This document shows, in pieces, positions 10,211 to 19,355 of a stretch of DNA of 64,000 nucleotides. A program made the position numbers and the translations under genes. The notes beneath the pieces were generated by a model that ran no database searches, was not told where the DNA came from, and saw only the letters and a program-made list of their open reading frames with translations. Each line of letters opens with the position of its first letter. Within the stretch, counting starts at the first letter, position 1. This DNA comes from an uncultured Clostridia bacterium (GTDB lineage: Bacteria; Bacillota; Clostridia; TANB77; CAG-508): NCBI GenBank assembly GCA_949118805.1, contig CASAUJ010000001.1, positions 32,901 through 96,900 on the forward strand, given 5' to 3'.

Positions 10211-10768
10211 TTAATTAAATTGATTCATTGCTTTATCAATTCCCTCTTTTATAATTTCAATTACTGCTTCTTTTGCTAAATTTGTTCCTTTTTCTAGCTT
10301 TTCTTTATCTTCTTCTGCAATGGCTCCAATTACATATTCAATTAAGTCTTCTTTTTCCTCTGGCATACCGATTCCCACTCTTACTCTTTTTAAATTTTGT
10401 GTATTCAGTTCATGAACCACTGATTTCATCCCATTATGAGTTCCTGGTCCACCCATTTTCCTTATTTTAATTTCCCCTGGTGCAATATCAATATCATCAT
10501 AAACAATGATAATTTGTTCCTCTTCAATTTTATAAAATTGTACAATCTCTTTCAAACTTTCTCCACTTAAATTCATAAAGGTTTGTGGTTTTAGTAAAAT
10601 CACTTTTTCTCCTTCTATCATTCCACTTCCAAACAAACCTTTGAATTTATTTTTGATAACTTCTATTTCATATTGTTTTGCTAATTTATTAATGGTTTGA
10701 AACCCCATATTGTGTCTTGTATTACTATAATCTTTTTCTGGATTTCCCAATCCTACTATTAAATACAC
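10211..10768 (-). CDS. pth: Peptidyl-tRNA hydrolase
   Basis: 185 aa with MYLIVGLGNPEKDYSNTRHNMGF...PQTFMNLSGES. Confidence 0.9.
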   Translation of the reverse strand: MYLIVGLGNPEKDYSNTRHNMGFQTINKLAKQYEIEVIKNKFKGLFGSGMIEGEKVILLKPQTFMNLSGESLKEIVQFYKIEEEQIIIVYDDIDIAPGEIKIRKMGGPGTHNGMKSVVHELNTQNLKRVRVGIGMPEEKEDLIEYVIGAIAEEDKEKLEKGTNLAKEAVIEIIKEGIDKAMNQFN

Positions 10769-10875
10769 TATTTTTTCCTACTTTCTTTTGCTTTTTACTA
10801 TTATCTATTTTAACTTTTTTTCTACTCTTTTTCAAGTTTTTATCTAAATTTTCTTTCTTGTTTTTAAAATAACAT

Positions 10876-10899
10876 CCCCCTCTACCGAAGTAGAGGGGG
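10876..10899 (-). terminator. GC-rich terminator hairpin at the edge of the foreign cassette
   Basis: ccccctctac-cgaa-gtagaggggg, a 10 bp perfect stem. On the minus strand it is followed by tgttatttt. Confidence 0.65.
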
Positions 10900-10911
10900 A
10901 TAGAATGGTAA

Positions 10912-11154
10912 TTACAAATGAAATGCATACGAATTGTTGTCACCTTTAAATTGGGTAAAATTGCCCAATTTACCAGCAAACCTGCGAACTTTCTTTTCCT
11001 TCAGTTCCAAGGAAGTATGCACAATAATATTCCTTCCTTCTGTCCTGATCATGACAGGCTTTACAGAAAAAATATTTTTAAAAGCCGCTTCTATCCGTGC
11101 ATTTGTCATTCCCTGACAACCTTTTTGTGGCATAATGCAAATACGATTTAACAT
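10912..11154 (-). CDS. Small hypothetical protein (second gene of the GC-rich cassette)
   Basis: Starts at ATG 11154, 8 nt after AAGGAGG, and reads MLNRICIMPQKGCQGMTNARIEAAFKN... Local GC is far above background. No family recognised. Confidence 0.5.
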   Translation of the reverse strand: MLNRICIMPQKGCQGMTNARIEAAFKNIFSVKPVMIRTEGRNIIVHTSLELKEKKVRRFAGKLGNFTQFKGDNNSYAFHL

Positions 11155-11168
11155 AGCTTCTGCCTCCT

Positions 11169-11411
11169 TTATAAGCAAATTCCGTATTCTGCCTGAAACC
11201 AATCAAGGACTTCTTTACGAACTGATCTTGTCAGTTTCTCCGGCCAGTTATTCAAGATCTTTTCTGCTGTTCGAATCACACTTTCCCGTGCTTCTCCTAC
11301 CAGCAATCCTGCCTGTGCCTCATCTTTGCAATCGTCCAGATGCCAATCCAGCTCTTCGACAACGCTTTGTGCAATTCCACTCATTTCTGTGTGAATTTTT
11401 CCCATTACCAT
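11169..11411 (-). CDS. Small hypothetical protein (first gene of the GC-rich cassette)
   Basis: 80 aa with an AGGAGGA RBS. The stop TAA overlaps the RBS of the next gene. Contains in-frame CGG codons. Confidence 0.55.
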   Translation of the reverse strand: MVMGKIHTEMSGIAQSVVEELDWHLDDCKDEAQAGLLVGEARESVIRTAEKILNNWPEKLTRSVRKEVLDWFQAEYGICL

Positions 11412-11500
11412 TTCCTTTTCCTCCTAAAATCAATTATGATTTCTTCTTGAAAACTCTAGTGAAGCATAAAAAAGAGTATTTCAGAAGTTGTTACAATTTT

Positions 11501-11509
11501 ATTATACCA
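11501..11509 (-). promoter_or_regulatory. Extended -10 element (TGgTATAAT) upstream of the GC-rich cassette
   Basis: The minus strand reads ...gaaatgTGgTATAATaaaatt about 90 nt upstream of ATG 11411. The -35 is weak. Confidence 0.4.
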
Positions 11510-11569
11510 CATTTCACATAAAATTAAAATAGTTTATGTAAAATATCAATTATCTTTATTCTTTCTAAA

Positions 11570-12031
11570 TTATTTCTTTATTTGCCACTTTAAAATCGGA
11601 TATCCTTCATTGTATTTCCATGTTCCATCTGGATTTTGTTCGTCATTTGTATAGACCTCTCCTAATGTTCCTGCTAATGCTTTTAATTCTGTTTCTGTTT
11701 TTTCTACTGCATTCGTATTGTTTAAACCTCCAATTCCTAAATTAGCAGGGCCCTTCAACTCTGTCGAATTCCAACTTCCAAATCCAACGATTCTCCTGAT
11801 GAATGTGCTCCTTTGAATCGGTATGTTTACTAATCGTCAAATCCTGTAATACTAATTCCAATTTTTCTCTTGCTTCTTGTTCTTCTTGTGAAATTCCTGC
11901 TGTTTTTGCCTTACTTAAAATTCCACCTTCTCCTGTTAAAATCGCAATGCTCACTCCTGCTAAAATTAAAAGTACAATAATCGTAATCACTAATGCAATA
12001 AGAGTATTCCTTTGCTTTTTATGTTTTTCAT
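11570..12031 (-). pseudogene. Decayed paralog of the pilin-leader protein at 12062..13459
   Basis: AAGGAGG precedes ATG at 12031 (MKNIKSKG...). This is out of frame with the TLIALVITIIVLLILAGVSI segment because of a 1-nt loss (ggaat-act versus ggaattact in the paralog). There is a second frame break near 11770. Neither break is at CGGA. Confidence 0.55.
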
Positions 12032-12061
12032 TAGTTCCTCCTTTTTTGCTCCTATTTTTTA

Positions 12062-13459
12062 TCACATAATATAAAGTGCTGGTCGAAAACCATAGATTGT
12101 TCGATTATCAGATATATGCCCACTCCCACGAAAACATACTGGGCGTCCATCCACTTGAGCATTGAAACATCCTCCACGGACACTATAGGTTGTATCGATT
12201 CGATCAGAAGAAATAATGTAAGATCCCTCCATTGTCCATTCCCACAAATTTCCTGCTATATCATATAAATTTTTCCTTTTCACATCTTCACTACTTGCTG
12301 TCGTTCGGATTCCATAATAATAATTACTATCTGCTACTGTTGCTTTTTCCGTTACTGATCCATCCCTTGCTACTAGTAAATATCTTCCTTGTCCTGCTAC
12401 ATAAGTTACTGATGTATTATTACTATAATTTCCCCATGATGTATTTTTTAGATCAGAATAATTGATTGGATCCGTTGTTACAAATTTCATCATCACATCC
12501 CACATGGTTCCTGTTACCATTCCGCTTATCACATATTCTGTATGATACATATTTTTTGTCATTTCTAGTGCTGTTGTATAGTCTGCATGATAATAAGGAA
12601 TTTCTCCTGCTTTACTTGTGATTTTTCCACTCCTTACTTTGCTGGACACAAAATTTCCATTTTGCCAATCCCATCCATATGAATTGGTACTTCCTGTTGA
12701 AGTATGCTCAAATTTCACATCATCTGCTAATGTAATATCACTCGTTCCTGCCTCATATCTTCCAATGTAAAATCCTCCATATTTTCTGATTTGTCCATAC
12801 TCTGCTGAATTAGTAGAACGATCCCAATCACCCGAAGTTTTATAATTATCTCCAAAATCAACCTTCTCATAATCCTTTTCATTACATGGAATCCATACAA
12901 ATTGATTTCCTTGTAACTCACATTGTTCTTTATTCACAGTTCCATCCGTATTATAGACTACTCCTGTTGGCACATCTTCGATTCCTTTATATTTATTTTT
13001 ATCACTTTGATGATCTGATATAACAACTCCTGTCGTTAATGTTCCCCCTACATAATAAAATCCATAAGGTACTGGAATCGTATTTCCCTTTCCATCTGAA
13101 GTAGCATATACATTGGTAATTCTCCTACTTGGAATTACCACATTTCCCTCTTTTGTCTCTACTTCATTAGGAGTCGCTGTATACCATCTACTTGGTATTT
13201 TTACAATCGTTCCTGCCTCCATATCGGTTGTATTTTCTGGTAGTTCTTTCCCATAGGTTCCTAATAATTCCTCATATTGCTTTAAAATCTCATTTTCTTC
13301 TTTTTCTGCTTGTTCACTTCTTTCCTTAGCAAGTTTTGCTTTCTCCAGAATTCCATCTTCTCCTGTTAAGACAACAATACTCACTCCTGCTAAAATTAAA
13401 AGTACAATAATCGTAATCACTAATGCAATAAGAGTAATTCCTTTTTCCATTTTTTTCAT
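12062..13459 (-). CDS. Prepilin-type N-terminal segment fused to an FGE-sulfatase (SUMF1-like) domain
   Basis: 465 aa. The N-terminus MKKMEKG-ITLIALVITIIVLLILAGVSI is a type IV pilin-like leader and helix. The C-terminus has LYDIAGNLWEWT...RGGCF...YGFRP, motifs of the FGE-sulfatase fold. Confidence 0.75.
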   Translation of the reverse strand: MKKMEKGITLIALVITIIVLLILAGVSIVVLTGEDGILEKAKLAKERSEQAEKEENEILKQYEELLGTYGKELPENTTDMEAGTIVKIPSRWYTATPNEVETKEGNVVIPSRRITNVYATSDGKGNTIPVPYGFYYVGGTLTTGVVISDHQSDKNKYKGIEDVPTGVVYNTDGTVNKEQCELQGNQFVWIPCNEKDYEKVDFGDNYKTSGDWDRSTNSAEYGQIRKYGGFYIGRYEAGTSDITLADDVKFEHTSTGSTNSYGWDWQNGNFVSSKVRSGKITSKAGEIPYYHADYTTALEMTKNMYHTEYVISGMVTGTMWDVMMKFVTTDPINYSDLKNTSWGNYSNNTSVTYVAGQGRYLLVARDGSVTEKATVADSNYYYGIRTTASSEDVKRKNLYDIAGNLWEWTMEGSYIISSDRIDTTYSVRGGCFNAQVDGRPVCFRGSGHISDNRTIYGFRPALYIM

Positions 13460-13668
13460 CCTTATTCAATCCTCTCTTTTCCTTTGTTTCTTAGTTTTTC
13501 CAGTTTTCCTTTTCCTATTCTTCTTTCAGGTTCATTATATAAAACGTTTTTATCATTGTCAATGATATTTAGTATTTCTTTTCCTTCCATTTCTTCGAAA
13601 TAAAAAATTTATAAAGTTTTTTAGACAACAAAAAAAGCACTATCAAGTGCCTTCTTTATCTTTATTCA

Positions 13669-13950
13669 TTATTCAGCTGATTCAGCTGATTCATCTGCTT
13701 CTGGAGCTTCATAAGCTTCTAAAATAGCTTTTTGAATTTTTTCTCTCGTTTCAGCATTGATTGGATGAGCTATATCTTTGAATTCTCCGTTTGGAGTTTT
13801 TCTACTTGGCATAGCTATAAATAATCCATTTTGACTTTCGATAACTTTAATATCATGAATTACAAATTCGTTATCGAATGTTACAGAAGCAACAGCTTTC
13901 ATTCTGTTTTCTGAATTTACTTTTCTTAAACGTACATCTGTAATTTGCAT
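13669..13950 (-). CDS. spoVG: Septation protein SpoVG
   Basis: 93 aa with [11 protein letters not shown]...[32 protein letters not shown]. Confidence 0.9.
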   Translation of the reverse strand: MQITDVRLRKVNSENRMKAVASVTFDNEFVIHDIKVIESQNGLFIAMPSRKTPNGEFKDIAHPINAETREKIQKAILEAYEAPEADESAESAE

Positions 13951-14272
13951 TCTAAGTGCACCTACCTTCCTTAAGTTTTAATAATATTATTTTGTACATA
14001 TCTTTTGTAACTTATGTACAATTATATTATTCTTCATAAAAAAAGTTTTTCCTTCTTTTTTTTACAAAAAAATTATATTTTATAAAATTTTTGTAAATTC
14101 AACTTGTAACCATCTTTTTCTATTCTGCATATCTTATTTATCATATCTTAAAATTTCCTTCAAAATTTAAACGAAAGTATTGAATTTTTAGATAGATAAT
14201 TATATAATTTACCTGCTAAAGAAGGAATTGTTATCCATTATTTCTTTTAGCTAGAAAAAGGAGTGTTAATAA

Positions 14273-15658
14273 ATGCCAAATATCGATACTATCAAAAAAT
14301 ATCAAAAAATATATATGCTTGGAATTGGTGGCGTTAGTATGAGTGGAATCGCAGCCATTCTAAAAAATTGGGGATTTTCTGTTGCTGGTTCTGATTCTTC
14401 TGATTCTGAAAATGTCCAATCCTTAATTGAAAAAGGTATAAAAGTCACCATAGGACATAACTTAGAAGAACTTTCCACTTCTGATTTAGTGGTTTATTCT
14501 GCCGCTATCCAAGATGATGACCCTGAAATTTTAGAAGCTCATCGTTTGCATATTCCTACTATTGAAAGAGCAGATTTTTTAGGGGAATTAACTCGTTGTT
14601 ATAAAGATACTATTTGTATTTCTGGTACCCATGGAAAAACCACTACTACTTCTATGGTTGCTCTTTGTTTTTTAGAAGCTTTAAAAGATCCTAGTATTCA
14701 AGTCGGTGCTTATCTAAAACCATTAAAAGGAAATTATAAAGTAGGAAATAGTGATCATTTTATTATTGAAGCTTGTGAATATGTAGAAAGTTTCTTAAAA
14801 TTTAGTCCTAAAGCAGAAATCATTTTAAACATTGATAATGATCATTTAGATTATTTCAAAACTTTCGAAAATATTAAAAATGCTTTTATTAAATATGTCA
14901 AACTCTTACCACAAGATGGTGTTTTAGTTTTAAATGCAGATGACCCTAATTGCTTGGATTTAGCTTCTTATACCAATATTCTACCAATTACTTATGGAAT
15001 CGAAAACAAAAAAGCTGATTATTTAGCTAAAAATATACACTTTGATAGGGATGGCTTTGCAGAATTTGATGTTTTTTATAAAAATGAATTTTTTGAAACT
15101 ATAAAATTATCCATACCAGGAACTCACAATGTATTAAATGCTTTATCGTGTATTGCCTTATGTACCCATTATGGAATTGGAAAAGAAGCACTCAAAATTG
15201 CTTTATCAAATTTTACGGGTGCTCATAGAAGATTTGAATTTAAAGGAAAAATTGATCATAAAGTTAGTGTTTATGATGATTATGGGCATCATCCTACTGA
15301 AATTTTAGCCACAGCCAAAGCTCTTTCTCATAAAAATTTTCATCAATCTTGGGTTGTTTTCCAACCACATACTTACAGTAGAACCAAAAACTTATTGGAA
15401 GAATTTGCTACTAGTTTATTAAATTTTGATCATATTATCATATTGGATATTTATGCGGCACGAGAAAAAAACACTCATAATGTCACTTCAAAAGATTTAG
15501 TCAACCAATTACTTAATATTGGAAAAAATGCAAATTATATTCCAGATTTTAAAGATTGTGTTTCCTTTTTAAAAAATCAGGTACAAGAAAATGATATTGT
15601 TATTACATTAGGAGCAGGTACTGTTACAGAAATTGGTCCTATGTTAATACAAGATTAA
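14273..15658 (+). CDS. murC: UDP-N-acetylmuramate--L-alanine ligase
   Basis: 461 aa with GIGGVSMSGIAAIL, ISGTHGKTTTTSM and DDYGHHPTEI. Confidence 0.9.
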   Translation: MPNIDTIKKYQKIYMLGIGGVSMSGIAAILKNWGFSVAGSDSSDSENVQSLIEKGIKVTIGHNLEELSTSDLVVYSAAIQDDDPEILEAHRLHIPTIERADFLGELTRCYKDTICISGTHGKTTTTSMVALCFLEALKDPSIQVGAYLKPLKGNYKVGNSDHFIIEACEYVESFLKFSPKAEIILNIDNDHLDYFKTFENIKNAFIKYVKLLPQDGVLVLNADDPNCLDLASYTNILPITYGIENKKADYLAKNIHFDRDGFAEFDVFYKNEFFETIKLSIPGTHNVLNALSCIALCTHYGIGKEALKIALSNFTGAHRRFEFKGKIDHKVSVYDDYGHHPTEILATAKALSHKNFHQSWVVFQPHTYSRTKNLLEEFATSLLNFDHIIILDIYAAREKNTHNVTSKDLVNQLLNIGKNANYIPDFKDCVSFLKNQVQENDIVITLGAGTVTEIGPMLIQD

Positions 15659-15670
15659 TCTAAAAAATAA

Positions 15671-15698
15671 AAAGTAGCATATGCTACTTTATTTTTTG
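15671..15698. terminator. Bidirectional terminator between murC and spoIVB
   Basis: aaagtagcat/atgctacttt is a perfect 10 bp palindrome flanked by A-run and T-run, between convergent genes. Confidence 0.6.
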
Positions 15699-15709
15699 CT
15701 TGCTGAAAT

Positions 15710-16948
15710 TTAAAGAATCTCCTTCGATTGTTTTATCATAATATCTCCAAAAACAGCATATCCTTCTTGTGGATTATTTACCAAAACATGAGTAACAGCT
15801 CCTACAAACTTACCATTTTGGATTACAGGTGAACCAGACATACCTTGTATAATTCCTCCCGTTTTTTCTAATAGTCTTTTATCTGTGACTTTTATTTGCA
15901 TACTTTTATTATCATAATTATTTTCTTTATATATTTTCTGAATTTCAATTTCATACTCTTCTACCTTCTGATTATCTAAACTACATAATATCGTAGCTTT
16001 TCCTAACTGTATTTCCTCTCTTAAGGCTACTTCCATTTCTTTTGACCAATCCATGTCTAAACTAGTTAAATTTTCAACCGTTCCATAAATTCCAAATTTA
16101 CTATTTTTATAAATTTTTCCTATATTTTTCTGATTTTCAACTGTTCCTTGTATTTTTCCTGGTGCTCCACTTTCTCCTTTGGTAATATTCAATACTCTTG
16201 TTGTCACAAATTCGCCTGAAGCAATATGAATTAATTCCTCTGTATCAATATCTGTTATCCCATGACCTAATGCTCCAAATGTTTTACTTGTTGGCTCATA
16301 AAAAGTTACGGTTCCAACACCTGCTGCACTATCTCTTACCCATAACCCTAACTTATATTCATTGTTACTAGTTTTCACTGGTTCGATACTACATTCTTTT
16401 ACTTCTTCCTCTTGGATATATTTTATTTTTACTGGTTGTCCTTGTGCCTCTTTCACATTTTGCATCAAATCTTTGGTGGAAGTAATTTCTTTGTTATTAA
16501 CTTGTGTAATGGTATCTCCTTCTTTAATTCCTGTTTTCTCATATGGTTTGTATTTCTTATGGTCCATTCCTTCTATCTCAGACATACCTACTACTAAAAC
16601 TCCATTTGTATATAATTTTACACCTGCTATTTTTCCTACTGGTATTACTTTTGTTCTAGGAAGAACATCGACTTTGACATCTTTCAATTTTATGTGATCA
16701 AACAAACTTACTTGCCAAGTTGTATTTCCAGATTTTTCACTTACTGCTTTTGTTTGATCTTTTGCTACTGTTTCCATGGTTCCCCAATCTGCTTTTATTT
16801 CCATTCCTAATAATGTTTTTAAGTGAATGTTTTCTCCTTCAAAAATCACCAAATGATTTGGAATACTTTCAATAGCTAATGTATAAGCATAAATTATCAT
16901 CAAAAAAAATACTAATAATAGCTTGGTTATCTTTTTTGTTTTTTTCAT
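15710..16948 (-). CDS. spoIVB: SpoIVB peptidase (S55) with PDZ domain
   Basis: 412 aa with an N-terminal TM and a PDZ region. The C-terminus has GIIQGMSGSPVIQNGKFVGAVTHVLVNNPQEGYAVFGDIM. Confidence 0.85.
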   Translation of the reverse strand: MKKTKKITKLLLVFFLMIIYAYTLAIESIPNHLVIFEGENIHLKTLLGMEIKADWGTMETVAKDQTKAVSEKSGNTTWQVSLFDHIKLKDVKVDVLPRTKVIPVGKIAGVKLYTNGVLVVGMSEIEGMDHKKYKPYEKTGIKEGDTITQVNNKEITSTKDLMQNVKEAQGQPVKIKYIQEEEVKECSIEPVKTSNNEYKLGLWVRDSAAGVGTVTFYEPTSKTFGALGHGITDIDTEELIHIASGEFVTTRVLNITKGESGAPGKIQGTVENQKNIGKIYKNSKFGIYGTVENLTSLDMDWSKEMEVALREEIQLGKATILCSLDNQKVEEYEIEIQKIYKENNYDNKSMQIKVTDKRLLEKTGGIIQGMSGSPVIQNGKFVGAVTHVLVNNPQEGYAVFGDIMIKQSKEIL

Positions 16949-17028
16949 AAAAAACTCCTTACCTTTTTTGCTATTATTAGTATAAACTTTTCAAAAATTT
17001 TTATACAATTTTTAAAATTGTATAAAAA

Positions 17029-18732
17029 TTATGTACTTACTCCAAATTTTGCTTTTAATTTTTCAGGATCATGATTGGTTTTATACATACCATATCGCTC
17101 TCTTCCTAATGCTGTAAAATAGCTTTGTGCTAATTTCCCCCCTTTTTCTTGCATATATTGATACAAATTATTAGATTCATTTACATTCGTTTGTGTTACA
17201 ATACTTGTATAACAACCTAACTCTGTCTTAGGAAAGAAATAGTGCTTGGTATCATTCCTCATTACTGATTTTCTTTCAAAATCAATATTCAATATTCCTT
17301 CTTTAATATCATTATTTCCTACTAAATCATTGTCACTTGCTCGATGATATTGTCCATCCTTTGTTATCATATAAATAGAATCTTCACTTACTACTTCTCC
17401 ATTCTTGTTATTGTTAACAATTGCATATCCATTGTATATTTTTCCACCTATATTAAGTCCTTGTAAAAAGCTAATAATGGAAACATTATTTACAATTTTA
17501 TCCCATTCATCTTCTTTCAATTTTGGCATTTGAAAATTAGCTGTTACCCCTGAATAATTATTATAATTGGCAATAGCAATGGATAGATTCTTTTCAATGG
17601 CATAACGAATTACATCTAATCTTTGTTGATTAAAATTAGAATCTGGATCCTCTAAACTTTTATTTTGATGATCAAATATTAAATAAGGTGTTCTTCCAAA
17701 AGAATTTAAAGTTTTATTTCCTTTTTCATCTACTGCATCATTTGAACTTAATCCACTTAAATTATAACCATCTTGTTTTACTTCTCCATTGCTATTGGTA
17801 TAAGTTTGTTTTAACATTCTTTGTGTAAAATCATAAGCTTCTTTATAATATTCAATAGCTGGTGTTGTGGTAGGATTAAACTGTTCTTGTTTATACTTTT
17901 CTCCTCCTAGCAAAGAGAACCAGGATCCATCTGTATCTTGATAATATTTTACTCCATTTAATTTAATATATCGGTGAGATTGAATGCGATTGGTAGTTGG
18001 ATGATATATATTTTCTTCTACTTGGTCATTTTCATTAATTCGGATTCCACGATATTTTACTTCATTTCCATTTATCGTAATGTTATCTAATAAATACCCA
18101 TGGTCCAATACCCATTGTCCATTCACTTTCCCTTGAATGGTAATATAGTTATCTAAGGAATAAGTAATTACAAAATCATGATTAACTCCTAACTGATAGC
18201 GACAACTATAATAAATATAAGGTTTTAACCCTGACAATTTTTCTCCTTGTTTATAAGTTGCCTCTGGATTTCCTTGATGTAAAATTTCGGCATCGCTTTT
18301 TAAGGTTGTTTCTCCTGTTTGTTCATTTATAATTACTTCATTTTCATTGGTATCATCTAATGTATTCGTATAAGGGGAATAAATATAATAGCCATCATAC
18401 ATGGTATAAACTAATGCTGGTACATAATCTGATAAGATATTTTGATTATATCCTGACATATTAAAATGACTGGCTACTGAATTAAAAAAAGTATTAGCCG
18501 AAGCTTCAATATCACGCAATTTAGAATTGGATAAGTCAGAAGTATCATTATTAATAGTATTTAATTGAAATGCTTTTAAAGCATCTGCTGTTGCACTGCT
18601 TAATTTAGAATCATATAAAATTTGTAATCCTAATGTCTTTGTTTGATTTCTTGTATAATTACTTAATATTACTGAAATTGGTAATATGATAATAATAAAT
18701 ATAATCGCTAAATTTTCTATTTTCATGGTCAT
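17029..18732 (-). CDS. Large N-terminally anchored protein, last gene of the Tad-like operon (possible tip or minor pilin/adhesin)
   Basis: 567 aa with a single N-terminal hydrophobic helix (LAIIFIIIILPISVIL). No family recognised. The role is assigned from operon position only. Confidence 0.4.
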   Translation of the reverse strand: MTMKIENLAIIFIIIILPISVILSNYTRNQTKTLGLQILYDSKLSSATADALKAFQLNTINNDTSDLSNSKLRDIEASANTFFNSVASHFNMSGYNQNILSDYVPALVYTMYDGYYIYSPYTNTLDDTNENEVIINEQTGETTLKSDAEILHQGNPEATYKQGEKLSGLKPYIYYSCRYQLGVNHDFVITYSLDNYITIQGKVNGQWVLDHGYLLDNITINGNEVKYRGIRINENDQVEENIYHPTTNRIQSHRYIKLNGVKYYQDTDGSWFSLLGGEKYKQEQFNPTTTPAIEYYKEAYDFTQRMLKQTYTNSNGEVKQDGYNLSGLSSNDAVDEKGNKTLNSFGRTPYLIFDHQNKSLEDPDSNFNQQRLDVIRYAIEKNLSIAIANYNNYSGVTANFQMPKLKEDEWDKIVNNVSIISFLQGLNIGGKIYNGYAIVNNNKNGEVVSEDSIYMITKDGQYHRASDNDLVGNNDIKEGILNIDFERKSVMRNDTKHYFFPKTELGCYTSIVTQTNVNESNNLYQYMQEKGGKLAQSYFTALGRERYGMYKTNHDPEKLKAKFGVST

Positions 18733-18792
18733 CTTTCCTTTGTATTATTAAATAAGCTTGTAATGAAATTATTACAAGCCATTTTTTCTATT

Positions 18793-19317
18793 TTACTTTC
18801 CTGTTCCATTTGCTGTAACCATAACCGTTTGGTCTCCACCTAATACATAAGTATCGTCTCCTACTACTGTATAAAAGAAATTCTTTAATTGTTGTGATAA
18901 TGTCATATTAGTATTTTTTGCATTAACAGAAAATATATCTCCTTCTTTTAAAGCTAATGCTTTTCCAGATTTTATACTATCTAAAATTTGTACCGTGTAC
19001 ATAGAATAATATACATTCTCTCCTATTTTCGTAGTCTGAGCAATGGTTGTCTTTTTCCCTGGATTTTCATCTAGTACTTTTACCTCCATTTCAATCTCAA
19101 AACTATTTCCAGTAGCAGAAATGGTTTCTAAAAGTTTGTCATATTTCTCCATTGATATAATTCCTGTTTTTCCCACATCATCTGCAAATTTTGCTATTTC
19201 TGCTTGGACAGCTGTTTGTACCACATCGTCTGTTCGATCAGCCATTGTCATGAGTGGAAATACAAACATTAAAACAGCTGCTAATCCAATTGCAATTATA
19301 GTTGATAATGTATCCAT
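18793..19317 (-). CDS. Pseudopilin-like protein (TadE-like N-terminus)
   Basis: 174 aa. The N-terminal MDTLSTIIAIGLAAVLMFVFPLM helix resembles TadE/TadF-type minor pilins. The call is context-based. Confidence 0.4.
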   Translation of the reverse strand: MDTLSTIIAIGLAAVLMFVFPLMTMADRTDDVVQTAVQAEIAKFADDVGKTGIISMEKYDKLLETISATGNSFEIEMEVKVLDENPGKKTTIAQTTKIGENVYYSMYTVQILDSIKSGKALALKEGDIFSVNAKNTNMTLSQQLKNFFYTVVGDDTYVLGGDQTVMVTANGTGK

Positions 19318-19355
19318 ATTCCTTCCTCCTTTATTCTATCTTTCTTAATAAGAAT

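Noticed and set aside
10725-11202. Overlapping ORFs 10725..10979, 10918..11151, 10934..11116 and 11135..11521 in the GC-rich island.
   Set aside because: Only the two minus-strand genes (11169..11411 and 10912..11154) have RBSs, operon logic and a terminator. The others are frame shadows favoured by the higher GC content.
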